Part shown: positions 63,278 to 64,000 of the stretch, piece by piece
How positions within the stretch are numbered: position 1 is the stretch's first letter
Layout: each line of letters opens with the position of its first letter
Source of the DNA: the human T2T-CHM13v2.0 reference genome, Homo sapiens
NCBI RefSeq assembly: GCF_009914755.1
Contig: NC_060931.1
Length of the DNA: 64,000 nucleotides
Strand: one strand, 5' to 3'
Translations under genes and position numbers: made by a program
The notes under the pieces: model-generated
What the model was told of the DNA's origin: nothing
Seen by the model: only the letters and a program-made list of their open reading frames with translations
Database searches by the model: none

Positions 63278-64000
63278 CCCAAGATGTTGGATTGGAGACT
63301 TTGTTAGCATGCCTCTCTCACTTGGGAAGACAAAATAGTGTATAGAGATTCATGTTGTGAACTTTTTTCCAAGAAGCAACACAGGAACTTAACAGGAAAA
63401 GTGAAAGAAACCACAGAACCTTTGAAAAAAAGTGACAGAGACTATACCATAAATCAGGTGGAAAACTGTGAGTCTCCAGAGTGTGAGATGGGGAGAGACT
63501 GTCTCTGTAATATACCATCCCACTGGGAAACCTTAGCAATCCAGGACATTGGGGAATCCCTTAACCCTACCTAGAACCAGAGCTGATGTAGTGACCAGTG
63601 AGGAGTACAGGAGGAGCAGCATCAGGGTGTGCTTTGCATGCACTCCCAGACTCCAGCAGAGAAGAAGGGAAGCGATTCCTGATCCTGTCTCACAAGGGAC
63701 CTCATGGAACTCAGCCAGCTAACTCAGGTGGCATTCACAAGTTGAGAGAAGCTCCCAAATGAGATTTGTGATATAATCTTGAGTGGGAACAAGGGCCAGT
63801 GGGTTCTGGCCCTTTGGCCAGAACCAAGGGGCAAGTGGGAAGTATGCTGTAGCCGCAGCTGCAGAAGCTGGGCATCCCTGCTTTGCAGGCAAACCAGGAG
63901 TGGCATGGCCTGAAAGCTGTGGCTTCTGTCTTAGTAGGGAAGGCTTATGGCCTGGGGCAGTTTTGAGTTCTGAGTGTAGGCTGCCTGGAACCCAGCTAGC
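63278..64000 (+). mobile_element. 5' UTR of an older L1 (L1PB/L1MA-like), continuing past the window edge
   Basis: Starts CCAAGATG (YY1-like) followed by 'gttagcatgcctctctcacttgg...agacaaaatagtgt'; GC content rises abruptly. Confidence 0.6.

Overview
AT-rich, CpG-depleted primate (almost certainly human, 7q31 region) genomic DNA. The only supportable protein-coding gene is PPP1R3A (muscle glycogen-targeting subunit of PP1, GM/RGL) on the minus strand. It has coding exon 1 (37023-37804, 782 nt), a ~35.9-kb intron 1, exon 2 (1071-1129, 59 nt) and exon 3 (848-972, 125 nt); the rest of the CDS lies off the left edge. All splice junctions are GT-AG and join in frame. The proximal promoter has a perfect MEF2 site and E-boxes. 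Upstream (44.5-56.6 kb) is an old, apparently full-length L1 carrying two complete, oppositely oriented THE1 retrotransposons, an MST solo LTR and an internal fold-back. Alus, L1M, L2, MIR and MER5 relics fill much of the remainder. I see no evidence of a new multi-gene system. The best leads are non-coding: a 99-bp near-perfect inverted duplication in intron 1, a CpG-retaining octamer/homeobox element with dyad symmetry in intron 1, a myogenic E-box cluster, an L1 hairpin, the inverted THE1 pair and an Alu insertion with a target-site deletion. Repeat subfamily names are from memory of consensus sequences and need RepeatMasker/Dfam confirmation.
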